Positions 26,356 through 35,282 of a stretch of 64,000 nt of DNA are shown one piece after another (the first letter of the stretch is position 1; each line of letters starts with the position of its first letter). The translations under genes were made by a program, and so were the position numbers. The DNA comes from a virus, in the IMG/VR virus record IMGVR_UViG_3300043788_000134, positions 5,882 to 69,881 of that record; one strand, written 5' to 3'. A model generated the notes under the pieces. That model made no database searches. It saw nothing but the letters and a program-made list of their open reading frames with translations, and was not told where the DNA came from.

Positions 26356-26398
26356 GGTGACCGATGACCCTCTCCCCCTCACTCCCCTCTCGTGATCC
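26356..26398 (-). repeat. PIR half-site, subtype B2, reverse
   Basis: ggtgaccgatgaccctctccccctcactcccctctcgtgatcc. Confidence 0.9.
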
Positions 26399-26472
26399 AA
26401 CGGACTTCTCTACCTCCTACGAACTTCTATGGGCCTGTTTCCTATCGGGTCAAATCAACAGCCGCCAATGGA

Positions 26473-26497
26473 ACGAACACTTGCAAGACGAACACTT
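26473..26497 (+). promoter_or_regulatory. tandem 10-bp direct repeats ACGAACACTT-N5-ACGAACACTT in a 5' leader
   Basis: exact copies at 26473-26482 and 26488-26497, 36 nt upstream of ATG 26533. Confidence 0.3.
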
Positions 26498-26532
26498 CGC
26501 GGCGTGGGTCGAAAAACAGGAAGGTACGCGTC

Positions 26533-27333
26533 ATGCTTGAACAGAAATATACGCGCGCCGAGCAGGAAATGGCAGAACGCGACGCCTACCCCGACCGCTT
26601 TGCTACTGCAGGCCACAACAATCCGCCTAACGCCATCGACTCCGCCCAGGAAGCGATGGCTGAGCTTGCCAAGTTTGCCGAGGACAATCCCGCCATTCAG
26701 TCTTTCGCCGAGGCCAAGCTTTACGCCGGCATGATCGAGCGCACGCGCGTTGCCATGCAGGATTTGGAGAACGAGCGCGAGCCGCAAGTGCGCCCGCTCA
26801 ATGCGGCGCTTAAGGCCATCAACGACCGCTATCGCTTGGTGCGCCAGCCCCTGGAGAAGCTTTACGATCTGGTCAAGGCGCGTCTGACCAAATACAACAA
26901 CGCGGTGGAAGCGGCGCGTTTGAAGGAAGCGCAGCGGTTGCGCGAGGAAGCCGAAGCGGCCGAGCGCGCAGCCCGCAAAGCCGAAGCGCGTGAGAAAGAT
27001 GCTATGGCGTGTGCCGACGTGGGCGAATGTACCGATGTTGGCGGCGCCATCGCGCAAGCCGACGTGGCATTCAAGGGCTATCAGAAAGCCGACCGCGCCG
27101 CGGCAACCGCCGAGCGCAACGTGCCGGTGCGGATTGCGAGCGTCATGGGCGGCAAAAGCCTCTCCATGCGAACGACCGAAGTCTTTATCGTGGAGGATGC
27201 CTGTGCCGCCATTACCGCAATGGGACTATCCGAAGCTGCGCGCCAACAGCTTATTAAGGACGCAAAGCGATTCCGCGAAGCTACTGGCGAACTGCCGGAA
27301 GGTATCACGTCGCGCTTTGAGCGGAGTTTTTAG
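26533..27333 (+). CDS. hypothetical coiled-coil protein (266 aa)
   Basis: ATG 26533 with AGGAAGG upstream; Ala/Glu/Arg-rich central helix. Confidence 0.5.
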   Translation: MLEQKYTRAEQEMAERDAYPDRFATAGHNNPPNAIDSAQEAMAELAKFAEDNPAIQSFAEAKLYAGMIERTRVAMQDLENEREPQVRPLNAALKAINDRYRLVRQPLEKLYDLVKARLTKYNNAVEAARLKEAQRLREEAEAAERAARKAEAREKDAMACADVGECTDVGGAIAQADVAFKGYQKADRAAATAERNVPVRIASVMGGKSLSMRTTEVFIVEDACAAITAMGLSEAARQQLIKDAKRFREATGELPEGITSRFERSF

Positions 27334-27369
27334 GGGTCACGGAACCGCAGGGATTACGGTGCGGTCAAC
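27334..27369 (+). repeat. PIR half-site, subtype A, forward
   Basis: gggtcacggaaccgcagggattacggtgcggtcaac. Confidence 0.9.
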
Positions 27370-27405
27370 CACGTCGGAACGAGCAAACATCGGAAGTGGA
27401 CGTAA

Positions 27406-27618
27406 ATGACAACGCGTGAGAAACTGAGCAATTTGCAAATTGTCGTCATGCGCTCATTGGTGAAGCGCGGTGGCGCATACACGCCGATTTCGCTTTTAGC
27501 GTGGCAGCGAAGATCGACGTTGAATCTTTGGCATCGCGGCTTTGTCGAGATTTGGTATAAACAAGCAGCGGGGGGGCAGGGAATCGGCCACCCAATCTTT
27601 GCGCGGGCCATTTTATAG
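27406..27618 (+). CDS. hypothetical protein (70 aa)
   Basis: ORF track. Confidence 0.4.
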   Translation: MTTREKLSNLQIVVMRSLVKRGGAYTPISLLAWQRRSTLNLWHRGFVEIWYKQAAGGQGIGHPIFARAIL

Positions 27619-27699
27619 TTTAACCATCGCTGGCGCGGATTTGGCGCAGCGATTTATATACCGTGCGCCTCGGCGGTTCTCAGGGGCAGGAGAAACGAA

Positions 27700-27989
27700 G
27701 TGACCAGCCATCCTAATCGCGGCAACAAAGAATGTGCTGTACTTGTGACGACATCGCACCGAGGGGTATTCTTTGGCTACGCCAAAGATATTGAAGGCGA
27801 CATCATCAAACTTCGCGCAGGCCGGAACTGCCTTTATTGGAGCAGCGACGTGAAGGGGTTCGCTGGCCTAGCGGCGACCGGACCGAGCCCATCATGTCGC
27901 GTTGGACCTGCGGTGGATATCCAGCTTCGCGATATTACAAGCGTTTCTCTTGTCACCGCCGAGGCCGCAAAGGCATGGGAGGCGGCACC

Positions 27990-27999
<10 letters not shown>
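27700..27999 (+). CDS. conserved-looking small phage protein (99 aa)
   Basis: GTG start with GGCAGGAG RBS; ...VLVTTSHRGVFFGY...CLYWSSDVKGFAGLAATGP... Confidence 0.45.
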
Positions 28000-28685
<686 letters not shown>

Positions 28686-28705
28686 TCCTTTTATTGCAGC
28701 GAAAC

Positions 28706-28750
28706 GTTGACCGAATCCGGTAACGCCAACGGCACAACCTATCGTGATCC
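28706..28750 (-). repeat. PIR half-site, subtype B1, reverse
   Basis: gttgaccgaatccggtaacgccaacggcacaacctatcgtgatcc, then partial duplicate aatgatccaaaggg. Confidence 0.9.
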
Positions 28751-28778
28751 AGAGAATGATCCAAAGGGAGCACCAACC

Positions 28779-29210
28779 ATGACACAGACCGCAACCATTG
28801 AAGTGAAGCACGTCTATCCCCCGAAAGACGGCAAACAGTACGGTGCGATCCGCGGTGCCAACAACGATTCCTATCCGGTCAAGAAAGACCGCATCCACGA
28901 ATTTATGCCGGGCAACCGCTACGAGATCGCATGGACCGAGGGCAATAACGGCTTCAAGAACATCATCGGCGTCAAGCCGCTCAATGTGCCGGCGCCGCAA
29001 GCGCAAGGAACATTTTCCGCCATTCCGCCGCAGACCAACGGCCACGCTCATGCGGCCACTCAAGTTTCCAAGTCGGAAGAAATCTTCGTCTGCGGCGGTC
29101 TCTATCGCGACATCGAAAGCAATCGCGTCGGCGCATCGGAAGATGAACTTGTCGAGCGCACGATTTTGTGGCGTAACGTGTGGCGTCGTGCGTTTATGGA
29201 TGCGGTGTGA
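28779..29210 (+). CDS. hypothetical protein (143 aa)
   Basis: ATG 28779 after CCAAAGGGAGCACCAACC (same leader as ORF 25437). Confidence 0.5.
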   Translation: MTQTATIEVKHVYPPKDGKQYGAIRGANNDSYPVKKDRIHEFMPGNRYEIAWTEGNNGFKNIIGVKPLNVPAPQAQGTFSAIPPQTNGHAHAATQVSKSEEIFVCGGLYRDIESNRVGASEDELVERTILWRNVWRRAFMDAV

Positions 29211-29224
29211 TAAGCACCGCGTGA

Positions 29225-29274
29225 CCTGCGGCGGCGGGATGGCGTGCTCCCCGCTGATGGCTCGCCGCCGCAGG
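29225..29274 (+). other. perfect 12-bp stem / 26-nt loop hairpin
   Basis: cctgcggcggcg (29225-29236) pairs with cgccgccgcagg (29263-29274); no U-tract. Confidence 0.6.
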
Positions 29275-29290
29275 AGCTTAGGAAAGCGAT

Positions 29291-29326
29291 GGGTCACGAG
29301 AGGGGAGGGATTACGGTGCGGTCAAC
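29291..29326 (+). repeat. PIR half-site, subtype A, forward
   Basis: gggtcacgagaggggagggattacggtgcggtcaac. Confidence 0.95.
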
Positions 29327-29360
29327 GGATCATCTTAAAGACCGCTGAATGAGGACAACA

Positions 29361-29630
29361 ATGTATACTTGGGGTACAGAGAAGGATGGCCACGCTTACC
29401 TTAGCGATGAATGGCTGCGCACTCTTGATAATAGTTCTCTTGATCCGTGCCCCGCAGCGGCCGAAGAAATAAGGTATCTGCGAGCGAGCAATGACAACTT
29501 GCGCCGGATGCTAAAAACTATGGTTCGCGGTTGGAAATATGCCGACCTCACAGAGTCAGAATTTATTGACGCTTGGGGGGCGTGTGGTGGAATCGACACA
29601 CTACCTCCCACAGAGGGCGGTGAAAAATGA
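29361..29630 (+). CDS. hypothetical protein (89 aa)
   Basis: ATG 29361 after AATGAGGACAACA (track start 29349 is inside the RBS motif). Confidence 0.4.
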   Translation: MYTWGTEKDGHAYLSDEWLRTLDNSSLDPCPAAAEEIRYLRASNDNLRRMLKTMVRGWKYADLTESEFIDAWGACGGIDTLPPTEGGEK

Positions 29631-29959
29631 GCAGACAAAAAGTTATCGATGGCCTCAGGGACGCCGTGTCCGGTAATCTGTCACGAGTCACCATTGAGGG
29701 TCAGGTTTGGCAGCGCACATCGGCCGATCCAAACCCGATCCCACCGTTTTACTGTTCGCGCACGTTGCTTGGGTTTGCTGGCGGACCAGATCTCAATCGC
29801 ATTACGCTCCAAATGCCGGGTCGCTATCACGACAGCAACCAAATCGTGCTATGCGAAATGAATGCAGCGCGCACCGACGATGACATAAAGCGCTGGAATA
29901 AACTTGCGGCGGAGTTGTCGCGCGTCTGGATCGAACTGAATCCACTAAAAAGACCTTAA
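29627..29959 (+). CDS. hypothetical protein (110 aa)
   Basis: ATGA overlap with upstream ORF. Confidence 0.4.
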   Translation: MSRQKVIDGLRDAVSGNLSRVTIEGQVWQRTSADPNPIPPFYCSRTLLGFAGGPDLNRITLQMPGRYHDSNQIVLCEMNAARTDDDIKRWNKLAAELSRVWIELNPLKRP

Positions 29960-30050
29960 TGGACAAACAACGGTGACCGCGTATTTATCCCTTCACAGCA
30001 TTTAAAGGTTGTGGTAGTGGGTAAGTGCGGTCTCGCTAGGAGATCGCTAA

Positions 30051-31094
30051 ATGCGCGAATGTACAGGTTGGTACAACTTAGACCATTTAAATTGGGTCTA
30101 CGAAATCGAGGCCGCGGAGGCAGGGATGCGCGTTTCAGACAAGGTTCTGAAATGTGTGGTTTTCATTGGCGTTGAGAAGCCGGGTGGCTTCGAGCCAGTG
30201 GGGACCGGCTTCGTTGTAATGGTGCCGCAAGGACAGGTTGGCTTCCAATACGTCGTGACAGCGCAGCATGTGCTTGATGGCCTCAGAGAGCCAATTTCAA
30301 TCCGCGTCAATAGAAAGAACGGCGAAGCCGAGCCCATCAAGCCACCATTTGGATGGTATTACCATCCAGATAACAGTCGCTTTGTTGATGTTGCTGTCGC
30401 GCCAATTCTCCTGCAATTGGATACGTATGACGTTATCCACATTAAGATGAAGGATTTTTGTGATTTGCAGTTTTTGCTTGAACGTGACGTCGGAGTTGGA
30501 GACGAACTTTTTTATCCGAGTCTTTTTATGCACCGTCGCGGATTACACAGAAACCATCCAGTTATGCGGTTTGGTGAACTTGCAGCGATGCCGTTAGAGC
30601 CGGTCATAACAAGGTCAGGACCTATTTTGGCATACCTAATGGAAGGTCGCTCTATCGGGGGCCATAGCGGCGCGCCGGTTTTTATCAATTTTCTAGCACC
30701 CCGCACCTATTATTCAGATCAGGTTGTACAGCTTCCACATCCCAATCAGGCGCAAGGCTACCGATTACTGGGGCTGATTCGCGGCTTTCTAAAAGCGAAG
30801 GATACGGGCGAGTACATAACCGATGATCCGAAAGCAGAAGATTTGTGGATAAACTCTGGAATCTCAACTATCATTCCAACGTCAGAGATTTTTGAAACAC
30901 TCATGCAGGATGATCTTGTGCAGCAACGAAACGAACACGCAAAGAGAGTTATAGACGGTCTCGCCGACGTACCAGCAAGTGCGCGTCCCGCAAGCGATTC
31001 GAAGCCTTTGGACGGCGACGCCAATCCCAATCACCTAGCGGATTTCACACGTCTTGTAGACGTGGCAGCCCGAAAGCGGCCACAAGACGATTAA
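30051..31094 (+). CDS. trypsin-like (chymotrypsin-fold) serine protease, IS passenger
   Basis: 347 aa; His VVTAQHV, Asp FVDVAVAP, Ser GGHSGAPVF in canonical order. Confidence 0.6.
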   Translation: MRECTGWYNLDHLNWVYEIEAAEAGMRVSDKVLKCVVFIGVEKPGGFEPVGTGFVVMVPQGQVGFQYVVTAQHVLDGLREPISIRVNRKNGEAEPIKPPFGWYYHPDNSRFVDVAVAPILLQLDTYDVIHIKMKDFCDLQFLLERDVGVGDELFYPSLFMHRRGLHRNHPVMRFGELAAMPLEPVITRSGPILAYLMEGRSIGGHSGAPVFINFLAPRTYYSDQVVQLPHPNQAQGYRLLGLIRGFLKAKDTGEYITDDPKAEDLWINSGISTIIPTSEIFETLMQDDLVQQRNEHAKRVIDGLADVPASARPASDSKPLDGDANPNHLADFTRLVDVAARKRPQDD

Positions 31095-31941
31095 ACATCG
31101 CTTCATGTGAATTGCGGTAGTTGCGTCGATAGGTGAACTCGGCGACGTATTTCCACATGTGTTTCGCCGAAATATGGACGTGAGTGCCGCGTACTGCGCG
31201 CTTGAAATGTCCCCACTGTCCTTCAATCGTATTCGTGTGGTGGACGCCAGCAACCCATTGCTTCTTGCTGTGGTTGACGCGGCCAAGATCGAAGCCGTGC
31301 TTTAGATCGTTGTAGGAATCCCATTCATCCGCCGTGAGGCGAGTGCCTTCCTTGACGTGGCCACGCACGATGGACTCCAATGTGTCTTGCGAAAGGTTCG
31401 GAATCGGGCCAGCGCGCATTTTGCCGTCCCGTTCCACCATCCCGAACACAAGGCTCTTGTTCGATCCTTTAGTGCGGCGCTCGCGGTTGCTCTGATAACC
31501 GCCCATAACCGTTTCGTCGATTTCAACGTGCTTGCCATCGCCACCGAGAGGGCCGCCAAAGTCGGCCGACGCCATCAGCTTCCGCAGTTCGTGGCACATC
31601 CGCCAAGCGCACTTATAGGTCACGCCTAGCTGCCTCTGGACCTCCGCAGCGGCCACGCCATGGCGGGTGCTGGTCATGAGGTACATCGCGAAAAACCACT
31701 TGGTGAGGTTCGTGCGGCTCTTGTGGAAGATCGTACCGGCAGCCGGGTAAATGTGGTGGCCGCAATGCTGGCACACGAACGCCCGGCGCTTGGCGAGGGG
31801 ATGGAATTTCGAATCGGCGCCGCAGCCCGGGCAGGTGATTTCGGTCCCGCCGTAGTTCACCTCCATCAATTTACGGAGGCAGGCCGCGTCGTCCGGGTAA
31901 ATCGCCTGGAAGGCCTTAAAAGTGTGGGTTCCTGGCTTCAT
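31045..31941 (-). CDS. IS1595-family (ISXO2-like) DDE transposase
   Basis: N-terminal zinc ribbon CPGCG...CQHCGH, then VEIDETVMGG, LTADEWDSYN, NTIEGQWGHFKR motifs. Confidence 0.85.
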   Translation of the reverse strand: MKPGTHTFKAFQAIYPDDAACLRKLMEVNYGGTEITCPGCGADSKFHPLAKRRAFVCQHCGHHIYPAAGTIFHKSRTNLTKWFFAMYLMTSTRHGVAAAEVQRQLGVTYKCAWRMCHELRKLMASADFGGPLGGDGKHVEIDETVMGGYQSNRERRTKGSNKSLVFGMVERDGKMRAGPIPNLSQDTLESIVRGHVKEGTRLTADEWDSYNDLKHGFDLGRVNHSKKQWVAGVHHTNTIEGQWGHFKRAVRGTHVHISAKHMWKYVAEFTYRRNYRNSHEAMFNRLVAAFGLPRLQDV

Positions 31942-32011
31942 GACTATCCCCTACCCTCGATTGTGGGGATACCCTATCAACCCTTATAAATGCTGTCAAG
32001 GGATAAATACG

Positions 32012-32056
32012 CGGTGACCGATGATCCCCTCAGCAATCGCTCCGCGCAGATGACCC
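32012..32056 (-). repeat. PIR half-site, subtype B2, reverse (its inner end split by the IS; other copy of CGGTGACCG at 29971-29979)
   Basis: cggtgaccgatgatcccctcagcaatcgctccgcgcagatgaccc; ATG of ORF 32050 inside outer block. Confidence 0.9.
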
Positions 32057-32493
32057 AACCTAAACCCCAACGCATCACCCCGCCGGCGGCCCCAGGCGCA
32101 TTGCTCAAGCGTGCCTTCGGCCTCGCCCAGCGCATCAAACTCCGCGACAGCAACGATCGCGATCCAGTCTATCTGGCCTTAGTCCGGCAGTGTCCTTGCC
32201 TCAAATGCGGAATGGACCCGTGTGGCGAAGCGGCTCACGTCCGATTCAACTCCGGCGCCCACGGCAAGCACAACGGCTTAGGCAAAAAGCCTGCCGATCG
32301 CTTCGCGCTGCCGCTTTGCGCCGGCTGTCACCGCGAAGATAACGACGCGCAACACAAAATCGGGGAACTTGAATTCTGGAACCGCGTCGGGCTTAATCCA
32401 ATTCTCACCGCGGCAAAGCTTTACGCCGCCAAAGGCGACATCGTGCGAATGCGTGCGGTCGTGTTTGCTGTAGTAGCATCGCGACGATCCTGA
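32050..32493 (+). CDS. DUF968 / P1 Ref-like Zn-finger HNH-type protein
   Basis: CPCLKCG...AAHV...GLGKKPADRFALPLCAGCHRE..DAQH pattern (recalled, not searched). Confidence 0.5.
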   Translation: MTQPKPQRITPPAAPGALLKRAFGLAQRIKLRDSNDRDPVYLALVRQCPCLKCGMDPCGEAAHVRFNSGAHGKHNGLGKKPADRFALPLCAGCHREDNDAQHKIGELEFWNRVGLNPILTAAKLYAAKGDIVRMRAVVFAVVASRRS

Positions 32494-32540
32494 TTGAGGA
32501 TCACGGCGAGTTGGCCATACATACCGGGGGAGATTGAAGG

Positions 32541-32780
32541 ATGTTGAATAAGTCCGCGCATAAGACCAAGGCGCAGATTAAACGGTCGCACGACGACATG
32601 GCCCGCTTTATTCGCGCGTTGTGTCAGCGGAGTGACGAGATTCATTATTGCCGAGCCGATGATGCCGAGGAACGATATCAAAGGGCGCTTGTCCTTTTGC
32701 GCCGCGCTGGTTTCCCGTATGAACGTAAAGTACCGGATGTTCCCGTACATGCGTCTGCAAAGAGCGGAGAGTCGAAGTGA
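32541..32780 (+). CDS. hypothetical protein (79 aa)
   Basis: GGAGATTGAAGG RBS; preferred over antisense ORF 32421-32840. Confidence 0.4.
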   Translation: MLNKSAHKTKAQIKRSHDDMARFIRALCQRSDEIHYCRADDAEERYQRALVLLRRAGFPYERKVPDVPVHASAKSGESK

Positions 32781-32937
32781 TATTTCCTCGTGACGGTTCT
32801 GACTATCCTCTCTGGCTTTTGCTCTCCACCAAGAAAGCATTATTTCGTTGCATGGAGGACCCGGAGCTGGAAGATGCGCGATCCAGGAGCGTGAGTGAGG
32901 GGACTTTAGTCCTACGAAAATAATTTGTATGGGCCTA

Positions 32938-32966
32938 TTGACTTGTTAGCGGACAACGCGTTTATA
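32938..32966 (+). promoter_or_regulatory. sigma70-type promoter
   Basis: TTGACT (32938-32943), 17-nt spacer, TTTATA (32961-32966); 27 nt upstream of ATG 32993. Confidence 0.5.
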
Positions 32967-32992
32967 GCGATTGTTGAGAACGGGAGAACGCG

Positions 32993-33106
32993 ATGTCAAA
33001 GCCCAAGAAAACTCAAGCCCAGCGGTGGACCGAAGCGCAGTTGGCCGGTTGGACCGACGATCTCTTTCCGTTGTGGGCGACCATGGAAAAGGCGCAAGGC
33101 CGATGA
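32993..33106 (+). CDS. small ORF (37 aa)
   Basis: GGGAGAACGCG-ATG; MSKPKKTQAQRWTEAQLAGW...; ATGA overlap with next gene; below ORF-track cutoff. Confidence 0.35.
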   Translation: MSKPKKTQAQRWTEAQLAGWTDDLFPLWATMEKAQGR

Positions 33107-33306
33107 ACGCTGATGCTGTGCGGGACCTCTTGGCGAAGGCAGTTGAGCGAGCTGGTACGCTTCGCCAATGGGCGCGCGATCACGAACTCTCGGCGGCCTA
33201 TGTCAGCGATGTTCTAGCGAAGCGCCGGGAGCCGGGACCGTCTATCTGCGGCGCCCTTGGCGTGACGGCAGAGCGAGGCGAGACTATCTATCGCAAAGCG
33301 AAGTAA
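33103..33306 (+). CDS. Cro/YdaS-like HTH protein (67 aa)
   Basis: TLRQWARDHELSAAYVSDVLAKRREP helix-turn-helix. Confidence 0.55.
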   Translation: MNADAVRDLLAKAVERAGTLRQWARDHELSAAYVSDVLAKRREPGPSICGALGVTAERGETIYRKAK

Positions 33307-33353
33307 ACAAAGCTCGGCATTGAGCCGGAAGTCAGCTACCGAAGGGTGAAGTC

Positions 33354-33593
33354 ATGACATGCGATCGACGGACTATTGGCGGAGTTTGCGCAGCCGGATT
33401 TCCGGTTAACTCAAAGGCGTGCCCGAAATGTGGTGCAACGTCGGAGCAGATGTGCGGGCAATTAGTGCCTCAGTTGCTCGCACTCAAAGCGATGGTAGAG
33501 GCTTACAAAGATAGCTGTCCTGATGCCGAGCAGCCTTCCATGGTGAAAAATGCCTCGGCGCTTTTGGCCGAGCAGATGGAAGCCACTCCGTGA
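33354..33593 (+). CDS. hypothetical Cys-containing protein (79 aa)
   Basis: ORF track; RBS GAAGGGTGAAG. Confidence 0.4.
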   Translation: MTCDRRTIGGVCAAGFPVNSKACPKCGATSEQMCGQLVPQLLALKAMVEAYKDSCPDAEQPSMVKNASALLAEQMEATP

Positions 33594-33598
33594 TTTAA

Positions 33599-33623
33599 GC
33601 GCGGTCATCCGCAGTGAATGAGG
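33599..33623 (+). repeat. 25-bp leader repeat, copy 1
   Basis: gcgcggtcatccgcagtgaatgagg; 23/25 identical to 33875-33899. Confidence 0.8.
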
Positions 33624-33872
33624 GAAGTCGTGGGTACGATCTGGATAACGAAATACGCTTTGACTGGTGGCATCAAGACAATCGAAGCGGAGCCAGATGG
33701 TCAGTATGTCGGCTGGAAAGCGAATGGCTATCAGTGTTCAGCATGGGGCGAAGGAAAGCAATGGACGCGCTCGCATGAGGCGGCCATAAAGCGGGCCGAA
33801 GAAATGAAGCGTTCCAAAATCTCATCGCTCAAGAAGCAAATCGCGAAGCTCGAAAAGCTTTCATTTTCATGA
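33618..33872 (+). CDS. hypothetical protein (84 aa)
   Basis: ORF track; real start may be GTG 33630 after AATGAGGGAAGTC. Confidence 0.45.
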   Translation: MREVVGTIWITKYALTGGIKTIEAEPDGQYVGWKANGYQCSAWGEGKQWTRSHEAAIKRAEEMKRSKISSLKKQIAKLEKLSFS

Positions 33873-33874
33873 TT

Positions 33875-33899
33875 GCGCGGTCATCCGCAATGAACGAGG
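33875..33899 (+). repeat. 25-bp leader repeat, copy 2
   Basis: gcgcggtcatccgcaatgaacgagg. Confidence 0.8.
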
Positions 33900-33907
33900 C
33901 AACAATC

Positions 33908-34183
33908 ATGCTGACCCGTGCCGAAGTAAACGCGCTCTTTGCTGTTCGCGATGGGAAGGTAACACGCGTCTATCGAGCCAACGGCAACGTCATGCGTGGT
34001 CCAAAAGGCATCGGCGCGGCGACGCTGTGGCGCCTCGATGCGAAACGATTGATTGCGGATGGACGCTCGAACGGTGGCTGTTATGAGACTCGCTGCCCGA
34101 TGGAGTTGACGAGCGCCGGCACCGCTGCGCTGGACTGGGCTGCGGCACATCAACCAGCAGCGTGCCGGCGCAGTAATCTATAA
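33908..34183 (+). CDS. hypothetical protein (91 aa)
   Basis: ATG 33908 after GAGGCAACAATC; track start 33869 overlaps previous gene. Confidence 0.4.
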   Translation: MLTRAEVNALFAVRDGKVTRVYRANGNVMRGPKGIGAATLWRLDAKRLIADGRSNGGCYETRCPMELTSAGTAALDWAAAHQPAACRRSNL

Positions 34184-34193
34184 TAGGTGACGA

Positions 34194-34502
34194 ATGTTTT
34201 ACGTAGGCCAAAAAGTTGTGTGTATCAGGGAAGATTGGCGAGGCGGTTACGGAGACGAAGAACTGCCACGGAAAGGAAGAGTCTACACCATACGCGGAAT
34301 TGATCTCATTAGAGGCACCTGTTCCGATCAGGTTGGCTTGTGGCTGGAAGAAATTGTAAACGAGCCGCGCATTTATGAAGGGGGACTTTGCGATGAAGTC
34401 AGCTTCGGGCATCAAAAATTTCGCCCACTCGTTGTGCGTAGGACCGATATTTCTCTCTTTCAAAAGATGCTGACGCCGAAAAAGGAAAACGCTTATCTCT
34501 AA
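34194..34502 (+). CDS. hypothetical protein (102 aa)
   Basis: ORF track. Confidence 0.45.
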   Translation: MFYVGQKVVCIREDWRGGYGDEELPRKGRVYTIRGIDLIRGTCSDQVGLWLEEIVNEPRIYEGGLCDEVSFGHQKFRPLVVRRTDISLFQKMLTPKKENAYL

Positions 34503-34515
34503 TAGGAGCTGAGAC

Positions 34516-34773
34516 ATGACGACGAACGGAAGCAATTACAGTCGAGTAATCAAACAACGGTGGGCAAACCCGGTTATGTATCTCGGGATAGCGTGCCCAA
34601 CAGGAGCCGCAAGCTGGCTTCTCGCTACACACGTTGCATGGGGCGCTAGTGCCAACTTCACAGACCTGTGGCTCGGGCTCGTGTCCGTCATCGTGGGTAT
34701 TGGTGCCGTCTGCGCCGGTGTCGGGGGCGTTCTTGAAACCATCGATGCAGTGAACAAAACGCTGCTCGACTAG
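34516..34773 (+). CDS. membrane protein (85 aa)
   Basis: two hydrophobic segments. Confidence 0.4.
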   Translation: MTTNGSNYSRVIKQRWANPVMYLGIACPTGAASWLLATHVAWGASANFTDLWLGLVSVIVGIGAVCAGVGGVLETIDAVNKTLLD

Positions 34774-34799
34774 TCGCAATCCTTTCCAATGAATGAGGG

Positions 34800-35009
34800 A
34801 TGATGATGGGACTAGGACCATGGGCACAGGGCGAGTTGATCCGCGACGTTCAGCGCGCGGAGCGCCAGCGATTTCATCGGCTGATCTTTGCCGCTCGAAT
34901 GGAAATGCACCGCCGCGTGCCGCGCGGAAAGGCGCGAACGGACTTCGGCGAAGTGTTGGATAACCTCAAGACCAAGATCACCCCGAAGCGCAAGCGCGAT
35001 AATTCGTGA
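34800..35009 (+). CDS. hypothetical protein (69 aa)
   Basis: AATGAATGAGGGATG-ATG leader. Confidence 0.4.
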   Translation: MMMGLGPWAQGELIRDVQRAERQRFHRLIFAARMEMHRRVPRGKARTDFGEVLDNLKTKITPKRKRDNS

Positions 35010-35031
35010 AGAATGAGGAAAGGAAAAGATT

Positions 35032-35199
35032 ATGGGTAAGGTCAATGCACTATACCAGCAGCAACGCGAGGACAAGTTTAACGCCCTCGTAAAGCAATTT
35101 CGAGCGAACGGCTATTCGCGTGAGGAAGCCGAAAAAATGGCCGAGTACGATATGCGGCAAGACGACGAGGACAACAGCCAATTTGGAGTCGGTGCTTAA
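35032..35199 (+). CDS. small acidic protein (55 aa)
   Basis: AATGAGGAAAGGAAAAGATT-ATG; MGKVNALYQQQREDKFNALVKQFRANGYSREEAEKM...; below ORF-track cutoff. Confidence 0.4.
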   Translation: MGKVNALYQQQREDKFNALVKQFRANGYSREEAEKMAEYDMRQDDEDNSQFGVGA

Positions 35200-35282
35200 T
35201 GACCCTCCCGGCGGTAACTCATAAGGAACGCGGACAGTGAGTAGACCGACCTTGATGCGCCGTGAAGGCTGAGGAGATCGAA

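Larger units (their letters stand above)
29980..32011. mobile_element. IS1595-family insertion sequence carrying a passenger gene (2032 bp)
   Basis: imperfect terminal inverted repeats cgtatttatcccttcacagcatttaaagg (29980-30008) and ccttataaatgctgtcaagggataaatacg (31982-32011); direct duplication CGGTGACCG at 29971-29979 and 32012-32020; DDE transposase inside. Confidence 0.85.

Noticed and set aside
32421-32840. 139-aa minus-strand ORF as a second repressor gene
   Set aside because: It overlaps the end of ORF 32050-32493 and the RBS-supported plus-strand ORF 32541-32780. No HTH pattern is present.
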